Shown here: positions 62,526-64,000 of the stretch, piece by piece
Numbering within the stretch: position 1 is the stretch's first letter
How the letters are laid out: each line of letters starts with the position of its first letter
From: Tricharina praecox
Lineage: Eukaryota
Assembly (NCBI RefSeq): GCF_024521635.1
Contig: NW_026250411.1
Location: forward strand, 1,178,001-1,242,000
Reading direction: 5' to 3'
DNA: 64,000 nucleotides
Made by a program: the position numbers and the translations under genes
Notes under the pieces: generated by a model
The model's database searches: none
The model's input: only the letters and a program-made list of their open reading frames with translations
What the model was told of the DNA's origin: nothing

Positions 62526-64000
62526 GTCGCCATCCACTGCGCCCCTCGCGTCCAACCGCAGCATTCGCATTGAAAAGCAACCGCCGTTCGACTCACCTCC
62601 GCTCCGCTAGGCACCCATGGGCCACTCATAGGTGTCGGCGCACTTGAGTCTGCGCTTGACGACGCCGACGTCTGCGGTCGGGAACCAAACATCGACCAGA
62701 ACGATAGCTTCACACGACCATACCGACGCTCACCCCGCCCCACTACATGTCGTCATCATCATCGTCGTCATCATCATCATAATCCGTCGTCGTCGTCTCG
62801 TGCCGCCTACTTCCGTTCGCTCTCGCCGTTCCTTCCCCCTCAACCCCGCCTCACCCCCCCCCCAAACCCCGCTTCCACGCTCACGTATCTACACGTCCCA
62901 TACAGAAAGCTGCCGAACATCTCATTCAGAACCGTCAAAGCACAATTGAATTGGTGTCGTCGGCCCCCGGAGACCCCGTACCCTACGTCAGTACGCCGGT
63001 GCTCCGTGGAGTGAGCCTCACCCCGCCCCGCCGAGACTGCGATGTTGTATACCTAGTAGTATTGGTCATTCGCGCGCCAAGTGCGCAAGGCCCGAGGTAT
63101 GTAGGTATCGATCTGCTGGTACGGAGTAAGCGGGGGCAATCGATTGAATGGAATGTGATCGTGGTGGTGGTGTGCGCTGTCACGTCTTCTTCCGGCTCGG
63201 GAAGGCCGCAGAAGAAGAAGAAGAAGAAAAGAAAAAAAACGCCCCCATCATGCTGCCATGGCCGCCGAAGTGAAGCGAAGGGTCTTTGCCGTCCATCGCT
63301 GTCGCTGTCGCCGGTCGGGCCCGCGAATAGTTGCGGTTCCAAAGCTTCAGTGGGTACTGGGGTGGCATTGGCTACCAGTAATCTCTCTCTCTCTCTCTCT
63401 CTCTCTTGAAAGAAAGAAAGAATGGAAAAAAGAAGTTGCACTTTTTTTTTGTGGTCGCACGATTGGCTCGATCGTGCGAAGGCGTGCGGTGCGGCACCCT
63501 GCAACTGCACTGCACGCCCGTCCGCCGCCTGCCCGCCCGCCACGGACCGGCTCGTCGTCGCTGTCCGGCTGCAAGCGGGATACGGGATACGGGATACGGG
63601 ATGCAAGACGCGGACGGCCCACGGGGACGCGTCGTTGCGTGCTCCAATCGTGCGTGCCACTGGTCAATGCCGAGCTCCTCCAATGCCTCGCCCCTGAGCT
63701 CCTCCACTCCACCTCCGCCGCCGCCGCCGCCGCCTCCTCCACCACCGCCTCATCCGCCTCCACGTACAGTAGAATGCCCTCTCCAAAACGGAGATTGCCG
63801 CACATTAGGGCGCCTCACATATATGCGGCCGTCGGCCGTTGCTATGTATACTACGTATACTAGTGGTTGCTATAGTTAGTAGGCAGTGGGCACAGCGGCG
63901 TCGGCGGAACACCGCAACGGTATTCTGGATCATCTGTGGCGCTACCTTATGTACATCCTGGACTCTCGGAGGCGGACAGCTCGGTGATCGTTAGAAGGTG

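Noticed and set aside
61225..63879. ORFs of 150-250 aa in the terminal region
   Set aside because: Kept open by tandem repeats and high GC. Low complexity, with no domain signatures.

Overview
Eukaryotic, intron-rich genomic DNA from a filamentous ascomycete; gene style suggests Pezizomycotina, possibly Pezizomycetes (inference). The first ~30 kb is a compact block of housekeeping genes: transketolase (5' part), an Mbp1/Res-type APSES-ankyrin factor, SEC62, TAF7, SelO/FMP40, ASA1, RAD9 (9-1-1 clamp), TFIIE-beta, BMS1, MRPS35 and IPI3. It is interrupted by an Egh16/GAS1-like secreted-protein gene with a single in-frame amber codon and by an internally deleted Tc1/mariner transposase relic. From ~31 kb the region looks more accessory. 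It holds an ~8.7 kb multi-exon gene for a giant protein with two sacsin-type GHKL modules and a C-terminal BTB/POZ domain, an M28 aminopeptidase, an F-box pseudogene, and a 5'-truncated LINE with an A-tail and a perfect 16-bp target-site duplication. It also holds UTR4, a PIR-type cell-wall protein without PIR repeats, a hypothetical gene, and an AAA+ ATPase whose 3' end is locally duplicated. The last ~4 kb is repeat-rich noncoding DNA. The sacsin-BTB gene is the most interesting candidate system. I found no tRNA, rRNA or CRISPR array. Exon boundaries were read by eye and are approximate.
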